This document shows, piece after piece, positions 46,809 to 61,083 of a stretch of 64,000 nucleotides of DNA. Each line of letters starts with the position of its first letter. The stretch's first letter is position 1. The notes under the pieces were generated by a model. The model saw nothing but the letters and a program-made list of their open reading frames with translations. It had not been told where the DNA came from and searched no databases. This DNA is from Styela clava (lineage: Eukaryota). The translations under genes were made by a program, and so were the position numbers. The stretch spans positions 14,570,001 to 14,634,000 of the forward strand of contig NC_135259.1 of assembly GCF_964204865.1 (NCBI RefSeq). Reading direction: 5' to 3'.

Positions 46809-49800
46809 AAAAAATGTAATGTACCGGAATAAAAATCACCATCACTTCACAAAATGGCGGATATCAAAATATGATAAGTTTTGTAGATGTTTATCTTAAC
46901 CGAAAGTTTATATGTCTCCAAGGCAAATGACCTACAGTGCCATTTTGTCTGGTGCGGCGTCTACATATCGACTTAAGAATTAAATCGTTCTCGGTACAAG
47001 AACATCGCGACAAATTCGTTGTCAACTATCGTTCAAGCATGGGAGAATTTCTCTAAACAGACTCATTGCTTTTGGCCCAAACCCGTTTCGCTATTACGGC
47101 GCTGTTGGTTAGAAAAAGTTACGTGAATTTTAGCGTATATAGAAATACCAGTTAATGGGGAGTAGAATCTGAATATGAGTTTTTTGCGTGGGTAGTTAAT
47201 AAATATTTGAATTTTTGATTCTCTCTGAAAACAAATCCAACATTTTATATAAAAAATGTTCTATAATATTCAATGTATGTTGCATGTAATACGTGCACGC
47301 AAAACCTGTTTTTGTTGATATTTTGTCGCCATGAAAGCCAACCACGGCGCCACCAGGCTGTTTCGTAGTTGAAAACTGTCACATCATAATTTTAAACAGT
47401 TGGTTTATAGAGGGCGATTAGTATTAGTGGCTACGGGATCACAAACTTAATAATTTGATCGGTATATCAATCCCGTATATGATTCTATTTCCCGTTGCAA
47501 AATCTAGCTTCCTCTACAAGAACCGAAGATTTTATTTTTGCAGCGTGATGTAAGGTATTCGGGAACAAAATTTTCAGAGATTTTTTATAATAAACCGGCA
47601 AGTCTTATTTTTTAGTTTGCCATCTCATCCCAACAGCCCCTGCATAAATTGGATTGATTATTGCATTCTTAACTGACTTGTCTCTGTGGTTCAGAGGTGA
47701 CTGAGGAATTCGGTGTAATAATTAAATAATATTCACTGAAAACAAGACGATTCAGTTAGAAGTTTGATTAACATCAGTTTGTCAATTTGATTTATCTTGT
47801 GGCTTCTGCATTATGCATTTTTTTGTTTTGTTTAAAATGTTGAACTCGGCACATAGCGATATTTTAATCTAATGCTTAGAATGAGCTGCTAAGGAGTTAC
47901 ATGGCAATGCATCTAGTAATATCAATTGTTTTCATCCATTAAAGACTTGTCATTTTTGAAATTCCCGTCTAACTTACTGGCTAAAATTGAAAATAATTTG
48001 CGAAATCGCGTAACCTTTTTTCTGATCTAAAAGAAGAAAAGAAAGATACTTGCGAAAAAGGATAACCTTCGATCAAAATATGTAAACCGAGAGTTTCGGA
48101 ACGAAAAAAAAGCTTTATCTAATGAATGATATATTAGATTCAAATGTCGATCTTGTAAACAAGAGTAAATAATAATTTCAGTGACGTAGTATTGTAAGAC
48201 AACTGGCACCAGTTGTGGCGAACACAACGATGTTTATCTTAAATATTATCTAAAATGCTTTGTTTTTCGGAATAGGAATCAGAAATGTCTTGACAAGTAA
48301 TAATGTACTTTCCGTTTATTAACATGTGCTTGCCCTTTTTCAACGTCACTGCAATTTTCTACGTGGGTATTCGATTTAACCAAATGGGCGAGAATCCACA
48401 AAAAAGAAAGTTTTCTAATCATCTTTTTCAGGTGTATATTTCAGTGAATATCATAGTACGATTCCAATAGCTAACTTCGTCGAGTATATATAAGCACCTT
48501 TTATAAGAACACAAACCTGAACGAAAAAACACTTCAATCAATTCGAAAATATTCGATCAAAAACAAATTTTGTAATATCAGTTCAATCACATAATTTACA
48601 GCGTGTAAAAGTTTAGAATGTCTTTTTGGCGATAAGGAATTTTTCAGTGAAATATACGCCGCCACTATAATGCTTTGGAAGAGTCTAAAGTCTGAAAACT
48701 CACATTCTTCATTGTTCAGAATCGTCGGCATCTTCCGTCAATACATACATTTCCGGCGCCATGAGATGACATTACCTGTTTGATAATTAGTTATTTTGAC
48801 AGACATTAATTCATCCCACAATACTTTGAGCGCATTAGGCAGTTATTGCAAATAAAAGAACGATAAGCCTAATAGAAAGTCAACAAATATTTCAGAGACC
48901 GCAGAACAGTTCAAAATTAGAAGAAAATCAAAATTTGATCAGTGATTGTACTGTCAACAATATTATAATGTAAAAAATTGTGGTCTTACCGTATGCCTTT
49001 GCATTTTCATAATAACGTTTCAAGTTTGATATCACCAATCTTATGTTATAAATGTCATTTTCAAAATTACCACGTAAAGTAGGTTTATTTCCATTTATTT
49101 CCAAGTATTGAAAGCATGGCGACTGATTGTCTGTCCTCAGACAGACAAGTTATAAAGGCGCATAACATTAGTATTCCAAAATTAAAAAAGAATCAAGAAT
49201 TCCATGTCCTCGCGTGGAGGACAAAAATAGAATGAGTTTTTGTCTGGACATTCCAAACAACTGAGAATCCTATTTTGGTGACCAAATAAAATCGCTGTCG
49301 CCGTTTCGACAAGGACTTCAGATTCATCTAAATTTTCAAATGATCGAAAACAGAACTAATATCACAAGAAGATATATTGATTGTATTGCAAACCTTTAAC
49401 CTTCAGGTCAAACTGAAGAATATATCAGGATATGTGAATGTCCAGAATAATCTAAAAACTGGACTGACCACCCAAGGAATTCAATAAATAAAAGTGTTTT
49501 TTAAACATCGAGAAACAAAATAAAGTTATAAAACGTATATATCATATCTTTCCTATGAAGCCAAGTTTTCCTAGTTATCTGAATGGTTGAAAAGAATAAA
49601 TATTTCTGTAATTAATTTTGGTTCAATCTAATGTTTACTGTAATCACGTTCAAAGACTAGATGTTAATTAGTCCACACGGACAAGCTGTTTACTACTAAC
49701 ATACTTACACTTCACGGGATCAGTCGGACGCCAAATGTCTTAACTTTACGATAAAATTTAATGTTGTTTGTAAATAAAATTTGAAAATCAGCTGTTCTGT

Positions 49801-51244
49801 ACAAGCGTCTACCAAGCAAGTCTGATTTACTGTAAATGCTGTTTCAAATAAAAACGTAAAGCGGGTCACAGATTTTCTTTTTGTCATCAATGTACTAAAA
49901 AAACATTCGTAACTATATTCCTATTAAAGTTTGTATTGTAACCAGCAGTAACCACAAATTTGTTTAAAAAGCCAAACAAAATGATTCTGCGTATATATAT
50001 TTTTTTTTTGAAAGATTATAAACTACGGACTCTATATACCAGCAATGTGCCTTTTAGTATTATCGTTTTTTTTTTTCAACAAATACGTAAACTGATATCA
50101 CTTCGTATTGCACAATTTGGATCTTAGTCAAATCCTAAATTGATGTGTGTTTATTTTTAATGGACTATCTTTATCTTGCTGCATTTTGCTTAAACTGTAT
50201 GAGCCGCACAAAACATTCTATCGTTTACAAGGAATAATATTAGGACAGTTAACAGACTTTGGTAATTATGTCCAGACCACCCATATTCCTGTTTTTTTAA
50301 AGACAATATATCAGCCCTCTTTTTTACACACATCTCGATTGCGGTGGTAAGTTTTATGGCTGGGTAATTTTTGAATAGTATCAGGAGTCGAACATTTTTC
50401 TAGAAATAGTGTATTTGAGAAAACTAATTTTGTGCTGATTTTTGTATTTTGAAATAAAGAGGAATACGTCGAAAATCATCGCTTTATGCTAAAAATATCA
50501 TTCATCTACACAACGGTTGAATATATTAAACAATGACAAGTTAATTGTCTCGACATGATAAAGAATAGACGCCAATAGATCCGTCTGTAGGGAGATTAAT
50601 GCCGTTTGTCAACAAACAATTCAAATGCTTCACAATACATAAAACGCTGGCGAAACGGAAACGTTTTTCATGTCACACAGTTATTTTCTCCACTATTTTA
50701 TTTAGCCTTTTTCTTAAATTTCAATTTTTTTATTTTGTTCTCTATTTTTTTCCCTTTGTACTTTTGTTTTATCTTGTTTAATATACCATAATAAAGGATA
50801 ATACAATATAAAATCGAATTCGTTAATTGCTGTCGTGTTGGCATATAAAGCAAATATCACTAACACTTTTTTAAAACTTTAAACAAAGATTTAGAAAATG
50901 TTTTCATTTGTAGTAGCAAAATTTGACAATATTCTTGATTTTATACTATAATGATATCAACCTAATCGCTTTGAATTATCCGAAACTTATTTTTTCAAGA
51001 CATATGGGCGTTTAAAAGAGTAGTTCATAGAAAATATTTGCTGATAATGATTTAAACTGAGCTTCACAAATATTACACACACTTATACAGATGAGGTTTG
51101 AAATTTTATTGTCCAAAGTTTTTTTCTACATATATAGGTCAGACTGTATCAGGGCAATGTTTCGAGTTTTACAGATGATTTCTGTTTTTTTATATATTTG
51201 ATTTAAATATAGTCGCGTAAGGTTCTTTTCCAACAAAGTATAAT

Positions 51245-51543
51245 AACTAGAATTCCGTTGGAAACCGAAGACTTATCGATCGGAGGTTAGGGGATCCCCC
51301 AAAACAGTGTCTTACTCCATAGTGACACCGTGTGTCACATCACTAATTAATTAATACCTCGCTAATTATACGACATATTCCATCCAAAATCAATAGGCTC
51401 CTGTTCCGAACTATGATGAATGTACATGCAAAATTTGGAGCAGATTCAACCTCGCTTTCGTGAGATATCGCGTGTATCTAACAGACAAACAAACAGACAA
51501 ATACCTATCAACATACTTACCGATCTTAAGATCGATAAGTAAT
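51245..51543 (+). mobile_element. Helentron/DINE-like repeat family C, apparently complete copy
   Basis: Starts aactagaa. Has a (CAGA/CAAA)n tract. Ends in the hairpin acttaccgatct-ta-agatcgataagt followed by aat. Matches 285-565. Confidence 0.7.
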
Positions 51544-54500
51544 TACTGGTTTAGACACAATTGTGGAAATATACAAGTACAATAGGACAAAAATTAAAAT
51601 GGGGTGTAAATAGTTACACACCCCATCACGCTCATATAAACCACGCAATTGTGAATGAAAGCTCGAAAAGATCGCACGCATTTTGAGATATTTTACCACT
51701 TTCGTTTTTGTGATAAGCATACAAATATTTCTTTCTTATTATCACGCTTTTGGATAAAATTATGGGTTATGGCGAACCGATAATGAGCGCGTCTCAATTT
51801 TCGCTCTCGTTCGAAGCACGAATAGTTGGTTAGAATGTTTTCTGTAACGTTCACAAATATTTTGGTAAACTATATCGCATAATTACTCACACCTTGGTAC
51901 GAACAATGTTTCAATTACACAATCTAACAATTATCATCGAAAGTATTTAACTTCAAAACCGTTGTCGGCTTTCGGCAGTGACTTATACGAACGTGAAAAT
52001 TGTCTTACAATTTTGAAAAACGTTTTCTTCTTTACGCAATTATAAACATTGCAAAAACATTTTTTTGTATTATACAAGTCAATATTTAAAGCTAAAAAAT
52101 AAAGTAACTGACTTAAAGTATCTACTGCTAATCAAGGTAGGGGAAGCCGTCACTTATGTTAAACTACAGCTTGAGTAAGCTGCTTTTTTATGCATCAAAT
52201 GCATGCTCGAATAAAGAGACGTCTGGTTTTTTAAAAATCGCTGTTTTCGTAGTTTTGCACATTCTACCTCGTTTATTATACTGTCATTGCCGTACCGAGA
52301 TTTCAAACCTGGGGGGGGGGGGGGCAATCCGGGGGGGATTTGGGCAATTTTGGTTTTTAAGTTTGCGAGTTGTAAGATTTTGTCCATTACCCACTCCATC
52401 ATTGAAAAGTATTTGTTATCATTTTTTTTGGTTTGGTGAAATTACTACAAAATCAATCCATTTCGTGGATAATTTTCACAGTACATGCCCCGACCAATTA
52501 GATCGCCATTTTCAGTTTTCCATGCGTCAAAGACTGTTGAATAAAAACTCAATTCAATTACACCTAACTTCCTTCCTTTATCGTGTTTGTCCTATTAAAA
52601 ATGCGTTCATTAGTGAAGCACTTTGCCTAATTGTTTAAATTTTTCCTGTCGTCTGTCGCCATTTTTGCGTCAACGGATCCACGCGTGCCGCAGTCACCTC
52701 ACGATGTCTGTCGCCAATAACTGTTACAAAAGTCAGAAAAATAAATTTACTTTCGGTGTTATTGGAATATTTGAGGTTGTCTTATGCTTAAATAAAACGA
52801 TATCAATATAATACAAAAACGCGTTTTAGTGCTCATTCAAAAGTACTGGAAAATGCAATGTTAATTTAACTTTTAGTTTCCTGTAATAAGAATGTTATCC
52901 AAATCTTTTATTGTTAATTTCCTTGATCAGAAACTTGATGTTATTGTTGCCTCTTAGTTTATCACGAAATTGAAGCTAGATTTCCGAGTCAATAGTGTTT
53001 TGAGAATTGCGTCATTGAAATTATAAATTTTCCTTTTTCGTGTATTGTTTAAACTTAATTTATCCACGAGTCAATTATTTGTCAAAAATTTAAAATTACG
53101 TTCAAATTAAGAGGTGATCATAAAAAAAAAATTAGTGAAGATTTTATATACATATCAAGCTATTCTGTTAACAGTGCTCACTTTCTAGAAATGCTTACTT
53201 GATCATAGTATATCTGAAATTGGGGTAACGTCAGAAATATTCTTTCTAATAAAAAAGACGGATGTCATTTGCGAAAATAATTTATGTGTAAACCACCAAT
53301 TTGTCCATTGATATGCCTTTCAAAGTTTACTCTGATAATTATTTTTTATTTCATATCGCCATTACAATTTCTGGGGAGTTTCATACATATCCTTTACAAG
53401 TGTACATCATCAAACCTATTTTATCTGCGAGCATTATATATACCTCATAAAAGGATAAGGTTTCTATGCAGAATTACCCTCGTCGAGGACGTGACATTGC
53501 ATAAAAATAGATTGTTTTAATCAAAATTGCAGAGGTCGTTTTGCAGAAGTCAGACATGGAATCAATACAGACACGCGTTAAAAGTAATGAAAACATTTCT
53601 GGTTAAAAAGGAAAACATTTAATTTTAATAATTATCAAAAAAGTGGGAAATTATGTCATAACTTTCTGTTTAATTTAACCCCAATAATTTGATTTTAATT
53701 CCAATAATTAGCGACTAACTCATTGTGTTGGGATGGTATTTACCGAAGATTAAAAAAAATTCTTGCTAATAAGCCATAATTTCCTTCAAAATTACCCTCA
53801 ATTATAAAATTGTTAGATTAAGAAATTTAGCGGTATACAATCCGCGCCAGTAGGTCGCCAACTTTAGCAATTGCGGCTAAATTCGTTTCCTACGAAAATT
53901 CAACAATAATAACATTTATACTCACGGGCCATAGAAAAAAGTCAAATATTACTACGAATTTTTGAAAATTCAAGCTTGAAAAATAAAAGGCGGTTTTATA
54001 CCACCACGCGGATTGGAAGAAATGAGATTTCTGGCGACAAATTAACTTTTCGTTAAGCTAACCGCTTTAGCTAATCGGATGATCAACTTGAGTCTACGAA
54101 GTAGCAGGAAATGCGTTCAATCCCCGGACAATAACCAACAATGTCAGCTATGGAACAAGCGCGAACCCGAGTTCCATAATAGTTTACAGAACTCATATTT
54201 TACAGATTCTTGTACTGCAGATTAACTAGTTTACCGACTATATTGTTCACTTTTACAAATTGGTCTCTAAATTATTAAGTAAAACCCGTATCCAGCTAAA
54301 CACGGCACAATTTCGAAATTTAAAGTTGTAAATTCTGCTCATTCGCGTCGATTTAAATAAAACTATAAACAAATGAAATCGAAGAATATCTGCTCCCCAT
54401 TTATTCATAAAATTTGAAAACCTAATTGGCGCGGGGGTCATGTGGTTAAATAATTGGACTTAACTATGCATCCTAAGCCTAAAATTTCAAGATTAACCCC

Positions 54501-57500
54501 CATGCCCGCCACATCACTCAGGGTGTAATAAATTTGGTAGACAGTCCCGAAAATAGTAGCAACTCACACATTAGTGGCAACTTTTATAGAGCCTTTTTTG
54601 GAGTAAAAGGCATGAAAACAAGAAAAAAATTAAAAAAAAATTACAAAACATAAGTGATATACTTTCAATTTTTTTTTGCTTCAGAAAAATAAACTATAAA
54701 TAAATACTTGTATAGTAATAAATTCCTTGTACACATTTTATTTTTTTTAAATGTGGATTTTCATAGACACTTCACATCTTTGGCGCCGACGAAACCGCAC
54801 GAAAAGCCAAGTGTTTGTTGCTTAAAATTATAATTAGTATTTATACGAAATATGAAAGCAATATTTATAACAAAATAGATATTCAGTCGCCATTTTAATC
54901 AAGTTCCGAATGAAGTGAGCAAAATATAAAGCTTATTTTTAACAAGCCTAGTTTTTAAACTGTCTTGTGTGTATGAAAGCACGAGTGAACTTACTATCTA
55001 TAGGTACTTTGAAAGCGAGAAAACGACTTTTAAATTTCGTAAAAGCTTTTAATTGAAATCTCATTTGTCTCAGTTTTATTTGCAGAAAAATAAATCTCAT
55101 ATTTTCAGTAGTTGGTGAGTAACAGCGACCCCTGCAAAGGTGTTCAACAGATTTTCACAATAAATATCCCCAGTTTGGATTTACAAATATAGAAAATGAT
55201 TGGCTTAAAACTTTAAATCATCGTATTAATTTACTCTTAATTCCTTTTTTCATGTGGGAACACAGCTGGGTAACTAATATTTGACAAACCTGGGTCCAGA
55301 ACGTCATGTAGATTAAAATATGTTCCTTAACAAGAACAAATGTATTTCGAAATGGAAATATTACAAGAAAAGAGCGTCGTAACTTATTTCGCAGGTACGA
55401 GCGTGGAAAACTCTCAGTGAAATGCTTTCTAGATAAGTAACAATAAATGTTGCTATATATTTACATACTTCAATATATGATAGACCACAAGAACAGATGT
55501 TTTTTTAAACTATACTAGGTTCCAGTAAATAAATGAATATGTTACATTTTGCTATGTATTTAATTTTTTACTATTAACAATCAGTTTCAATACTTATACA
55601 ACTAAATATTTAATAAATGAAGCTATTCAGAATGTTTTTGTTTTGTTTTGTGAATCTTGATCTTTTTATAGATTAAGTTGATGATATGACAAGATACGAC
55701 TGATAACATGAAAACGGAGGCGCCAACAATGATCAGACAAACTTTACGACTTCACGACCTGAAGATAATAAAATTAAGTATCCAATTTGACTGAGGAATT
55801 GTTTTATTTTGCGGTTGTGTCACAGTTTGAGTCTGTTTTAACCATCTGTTTCGTGGTTTGTTGGAAGCGCTTCTCATCTTTATATCGAATTCACCTATTA
55901 CAATGCCCTTACTAAAAAAAATGCCAGCGGCTCGCAATTGTTTGTATAGTGTGAAACATTTTTAATTACTTTCAAAGAAAATTTACGAACACTTTTTTAA
56001 ACTTTCACATGTCGAGTTTTTAAAATCAAAATTGAAAAAAAAATATCGTATTTTGACAAATTCACCTCTGTTCATTTTCTATAAAAAATAAAATAAAAAT
56101 TATATAAAAAAAACTCTTTCGTGATTATAATCTTTATCAAAGGTTTACAGTACACAAACAATTTTATCTGAACATTTGAAATTTTCAGTTTTTATCTTGA
56201 TGTTTATTCGTATCCCAATTTACTTTGTTCTAATTTATTATGCAACGAACGCGGAAACCGGTTGAATCCAATACCTTTTTTTTAATTCTCCAAGTATTAA
56301 AAAACCTATAAATACAATGATACCACCAGGAACAGGATGAAAAACAATCTATTTGACGTGAGAAACGGATCACCCAATGGACTTAACTCTGTATTAACAA
56401 TGTATTGTTATGTTAATCACAGTAGAATGGCCACCACACTCTTACACAGATTTATAGTATATGACAAAAGTACAGACATTTTTACGTTCTCTACATAAAG
56501 TTTTGTTTGTGCAGAATTTCCATCGCCAAATGAGCACAACCTAAGACAACAAAAATTTATACGGAAATTGGTCACTTGAACAAATTGTATAACACGTCGT
56601 ATCAATTTTCAATCAGGTATGTCGTCGGGAGACGCGTGCTGCTAATTTTCCGCTGATACTACTTAAAAAATTATAACAAAAGCCACCAAGTGAGACGACG
56701 ACAAAAACGTCGTCGCCATAAATGATCCCTTATCAAAGTATGAGCAGATAATCTGGTTATAATAAACCAAGTTAACTCTCAAATGGGCGCCCGTATTGTC
56801 GATCTACAGACGTTCAGTCGTAGAACTTTCACTGATAGCAGATAGGTGACGCTGCTACCAAAATTTCGTGACAAATTATCCGGTTGACAGAAACATGAAA
56901 CCTTGTCGTATTCTGACAAATCTTTACAACCGTATCCTCATATCAGATCAAAGATCGACCCCGAGACGCTGGTCCTTGAGAGAGAAGAACAGGTGCGGGC
57001 TTGTGTTGATTGACGGTTAAATTTTAAGATTCCCAGAGAAATATATCTGATACGTAGTTGATACCATACACTAATAAAGATAGATTTTTTGTGAATGTTT
57101 TCTGTAGCTGGTATACGTGATTGTCATATATCAATAATCCCGTATTTTTAGGGGGATGGGAGGGGGCGTTCCCACGCATTCACTCAGAACAATGTTCCGG
57201 ACAAGCAGTCCAGCCACTGATGTTTTACAAAGTCATAATATTTATGAAGCTATGGCTCTCAAGTAGTCCCATATTGAGAACATAAATTATTTGATAGAAA
57301 TTTTCCAACGCCTCTGAAACATAGTGTCGCTTCACTTAGAAGTTGAGTGCCTCGATTAAAGAAAACTCAACAAAGACAACTTTACAAATCAACGCTTCAA
57401 TCTGAACATTATTATAGCCCTGATGAAAATCATACAACTCCAACTGCATATCTAACCCGACTGGTTAATGGAGTTGAACAAAAATTACAAAAGTAAACAG

Positions 57501-57705
57501 GTTGAGCCTTTGGTGCATTATAGTATAAAGAGCTTATAAACAGACTTTGAATGTACCCGATTGTGAGCCGCAATGAAAGGTAAATATGCCGCGATATCCG
57601 TGTAAAGATTATGAAACATTGTAAAACGCATTTATCCACCGCGCGGGAAATATTTGCAATTTAGTTCTGTTTATTTGAACCGCAATCAGAATTCTGGGTT
57701 CTCCA

Positions 57706-57930
57706 TTATTGGACACGAAATGGACCTATGGATTGTTTTGTTATTATGTTCTTGTTCTTGTTGGTATTTTTCTTCTTGTTGTTACCGTATGTAAAAATTG
57801 CTTTTCTCATTAACTGCTGGATCAATTGCTTCGAAATTCAGTGGTCAAAAATTGTATTTTCTGCTAGAAGGCCCTATTTTTATTTATTTCGGGACTTTTT
57901 CTGGGCTCTATGTGATTCGTTTTTCACCTC
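57706..57930 (-). mobile_element. Helentron/DINE-like repeat family H, copy 2
   Basis: Reverse complement of 46540-46808. Confidence 0.55.
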
Positions 57931-60786
57931 GAATTTTGTGTGATCGTGTCCAAACACAATATTCTAGATCTTGATCTTATCCGAATTAAAGTGTATATAT
58001 ATTGCTGAGAAACCTTGCCCAATGAAGGCTGTGAGCTACCATCAACATGCGAAGACAGAAAAAACAAAACTGAATTGAATTTTGAAAATTAAATATCAAT
58101 ATATATACGACAACATTTCCTGGGTTTTGTCGGAATACTTTTATTTAATTTTAGAACCTTTTTTAGATTTTCACAAAACAACCCCGTATACATAAATTTA
58201 ATTTAGTTGTTTTACCAGTGATACTGACCAATTAAAACGTCAATTTTATCGTCTGCAACAACTTCGTGAACAGATAGCAATAGAAACATCGTAACTTGCA
58301 TGGCCCTCTCCGTGGATAGATACTTGGCTGACAATACACAGGAAATTCGGACCGCAATCTCAAACCATTTCAGTTGAAAACCAAATATTGATTTAACATA
58401 AAACAAAACTTGACTGAGTATTTGAATTCAACCGATCATGACACGAAGGCCCTAAAATTACGCGGCGTCTTTGGCGAATTTATCTGTCCATATGATCTAC
58501 AAGTTCAACGAAAGAGGCGCCACGGGTCGTGCACACGCAGTGTTCCTAACCAAAAAGTAAATATGGTAAAATAAAATTTTATGTTGTTTTAATAGGAGAA
58601 GTGAATAAAAATATAACCGAGTGCACACTATCTCACGCGACCTACATGTCGCCGACGTGACGATCGAGATATCTTGTAAATATGTTTGTATCTTGTCTCT
58701 TATCTAAACGGAGGTCAATAGGAATTAAATTTGCGTATAATTCGGTCTATTCAGGAGTCTGCCGCCGAAAAATTGGTCGATATTAGGCATTAAAGATCTC
58801 CAATTCGGTATTGAATCCGTCATATAACAATCTTTAGTCATGTGATATGGCGCCACATGTATTTGGATACTGTATGACGCCAAACCATTCCGTCTAAATA
58901 TGTCGTCTATTAGGATTGGATGGTCAGTAAGAGGCTGAAATATTGGACAAAAATATTTATCGAAGCACGGTAGACAACACCGACCAATTTTTCTAAAATG
59001 GCGAATCGGAAAAAGTTGAAATATAAATAAAAACATACCTCTGAAACAGAAAAGACCGAAAATAAATTTGTAAGTAGGATTTAAGGATAAAAAATTGTCT
59101 TTGATGCACGCTAAGTAAGAAGATTATCTAGTATTTACAACTGCTGTAAAAATGCATCGTATTGTTGTCGCATGACTTGTTTGGGTCTTCGCGTATAATC
59201 TTCGCCATTTCGCCGCCGGAATGAGTGACGTAGGTCGATGTTTCATCAAAATTGATGTCTTAAATATTTATGTCGCATGTCGGTGACGTTTCATAGCCAA
59301 GAAACCCGGCGCCAATTATGATATACACATTTAAAGGATATGAGAGAGATGAGACAATTGGGCATGTACCATGCAAGTCCGCATACACCTTTAAATCTCG
59401 TAATAAAATGTGGCGATTTATGTCGAATGGCGAATTATCAAGCATGGTTATGCAAAGAGAGTCCCACTACAAAATACCATATTTGACCACAACTTTGTGT
59501 ATAGCAAATAAGTAAATTTTTTTTTTACTTTTTCAAATACGTGCTTCGTGCTAAGTTTTTTTAAAATAGCTGTGTTATTAGTCAGTTGAAAAAACGACAT
59601 TTTTAAATAAAAAGACAACTAATACATTCTATATTATAAGTAAATATTATAAGCGCCCTGAATGCACATTTACATAAAATTGGCTGTCATTCTGACGGAT
59701 TTTGCGAACAGTGTTTCGTACCCGAGACCGTAGCCCACCACCTATTGCATTGTCAACGATATAACCATCAAAGAAACCCAGTCATTAGCAAAGCCAGAAA
59801 ACTTAAATTGGAAATGACTTTGGAAGAAGTGCTTAGTAACACGGGCATTATTGACACTGTTATCGAATTTGTTTTGTCTACGGGCAGAAATGTTTAGAAA
59901 TAATTACTTATTGTAAATGATTCAATTGTATAATTATATTTCGTTAATATTGTCTTATATGTTAGTATAGTATTTTTAAATTTGAATCGATCAAAGGCGC
60001 AGAAGACCATAAAAAGCGCCATAAAACATATAACAACATTATAAGTTTGGGGCCATTTCGGTTTTATGCTATGTATTACGCAAACCAATTATTGTACATA
60101 GGTATACATCAACGATCTGACATGGCCATGCTTCATAGAACCTTTCATATTATGACATAATAATTGTGAAAATGTAATATTTTTATGAGGCATTTTCTAT
60201 ATTGTAGCAGGTTATATTGTCCGTTATGATAGTTCAAAGCGTTTTTCCGCACAAATTTGCCGCAAATTACCACAATGATTTGCTGCCGCGACCGAAAACA
60301 ATGCCGCCTCTTAGTTAAATAGAAATATAATAAGATGCGCTGACGTCTCGGTTATGTTACTGGCGCCACTTTTGATTTCAAGACAAGATCGAGGAGAGAA
60401 TAAAACATATATATTAGTGGAATAACGTTGATGACGAAGGAAGACGCGAAAACATCTTTTACGTTATAATCTGTCTCGACGATCAAGAAGAACAAAACGA
60501 AACTTAAAGATGTAAACAGAACTGACTACCTCGTTATACCATCTGGCGAAAAAGAAAAAAAATTGACATAACAATGTAGTAATAAATATATCGTGGACGG
60601 AGTGAGCGCGGCCATTTTTTATACAAATCTAAGTATAAAAATGACCAGAATAACTGTAATTTACAGTTACACAGTCAGCTTCATATGCGATCTTAAATCA
60701 AACCACAGTGGCCACATAAAAGAGTGAAGTGTTTCATACAATCGAGAATATTTTAAAACCACGACCCTCAACCGGCCCTGTAACTT

Positions 60787-61083
60787 TAGGATTTACATAT
60801 TTATCGCGGGGAGAAAAAGACGATAAGACGACCGAATCATATGACGAACCACAGCCTTTCGTCCGGTTACCAGCCCATCGGGTATGTCATTAGTTAGCCA
60901 GTTATTTGTTTCAGATGCATAGACTTGACGATGAACCACCACCGCTTACGTAAACCACCCTACGGCGGCGAGGAGTCCAGCAATCCTCTCGCACATAATT
61001 AAGCATCGCAGGATTCGAACCTGCGAACACGTCAGAGGTGCGCTGGTGGCTAGCGTTTAGCACAATGCGCCACACCGCTGAGC
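60787..61083 (-). mobile_element. Full-length tRNA-derived SINE (~300 bp)
   Basis: Minus strand has a Pol III A-box-like TGGCGCATTGTG (61061-61072) and B-box GGTTCGAATCC (61011-61021), followed by a non-tRNA body shared with three other copies in the window. Confidence 0.85.

Noticed and set aside
52156-52638. 160-aa ORF and G-tract
   Set aside because: No domain similarity or splice context. Probably a repeat-derived G-run; classification not supportable.
43990-56625. Plus-strand YnCAG|GTA sites (44010, 55394, 56617) as recursive splice points
   Set aside because: A handful of CAGGTA hexamers is expected by chance in ~28 kb of this composition, and there is no independent support.
61005-61083. 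tRNA gene
   Set aside because: A/B boxes are present but there is no full cloverleaf, and the sequence continues into a repeated SINE body.
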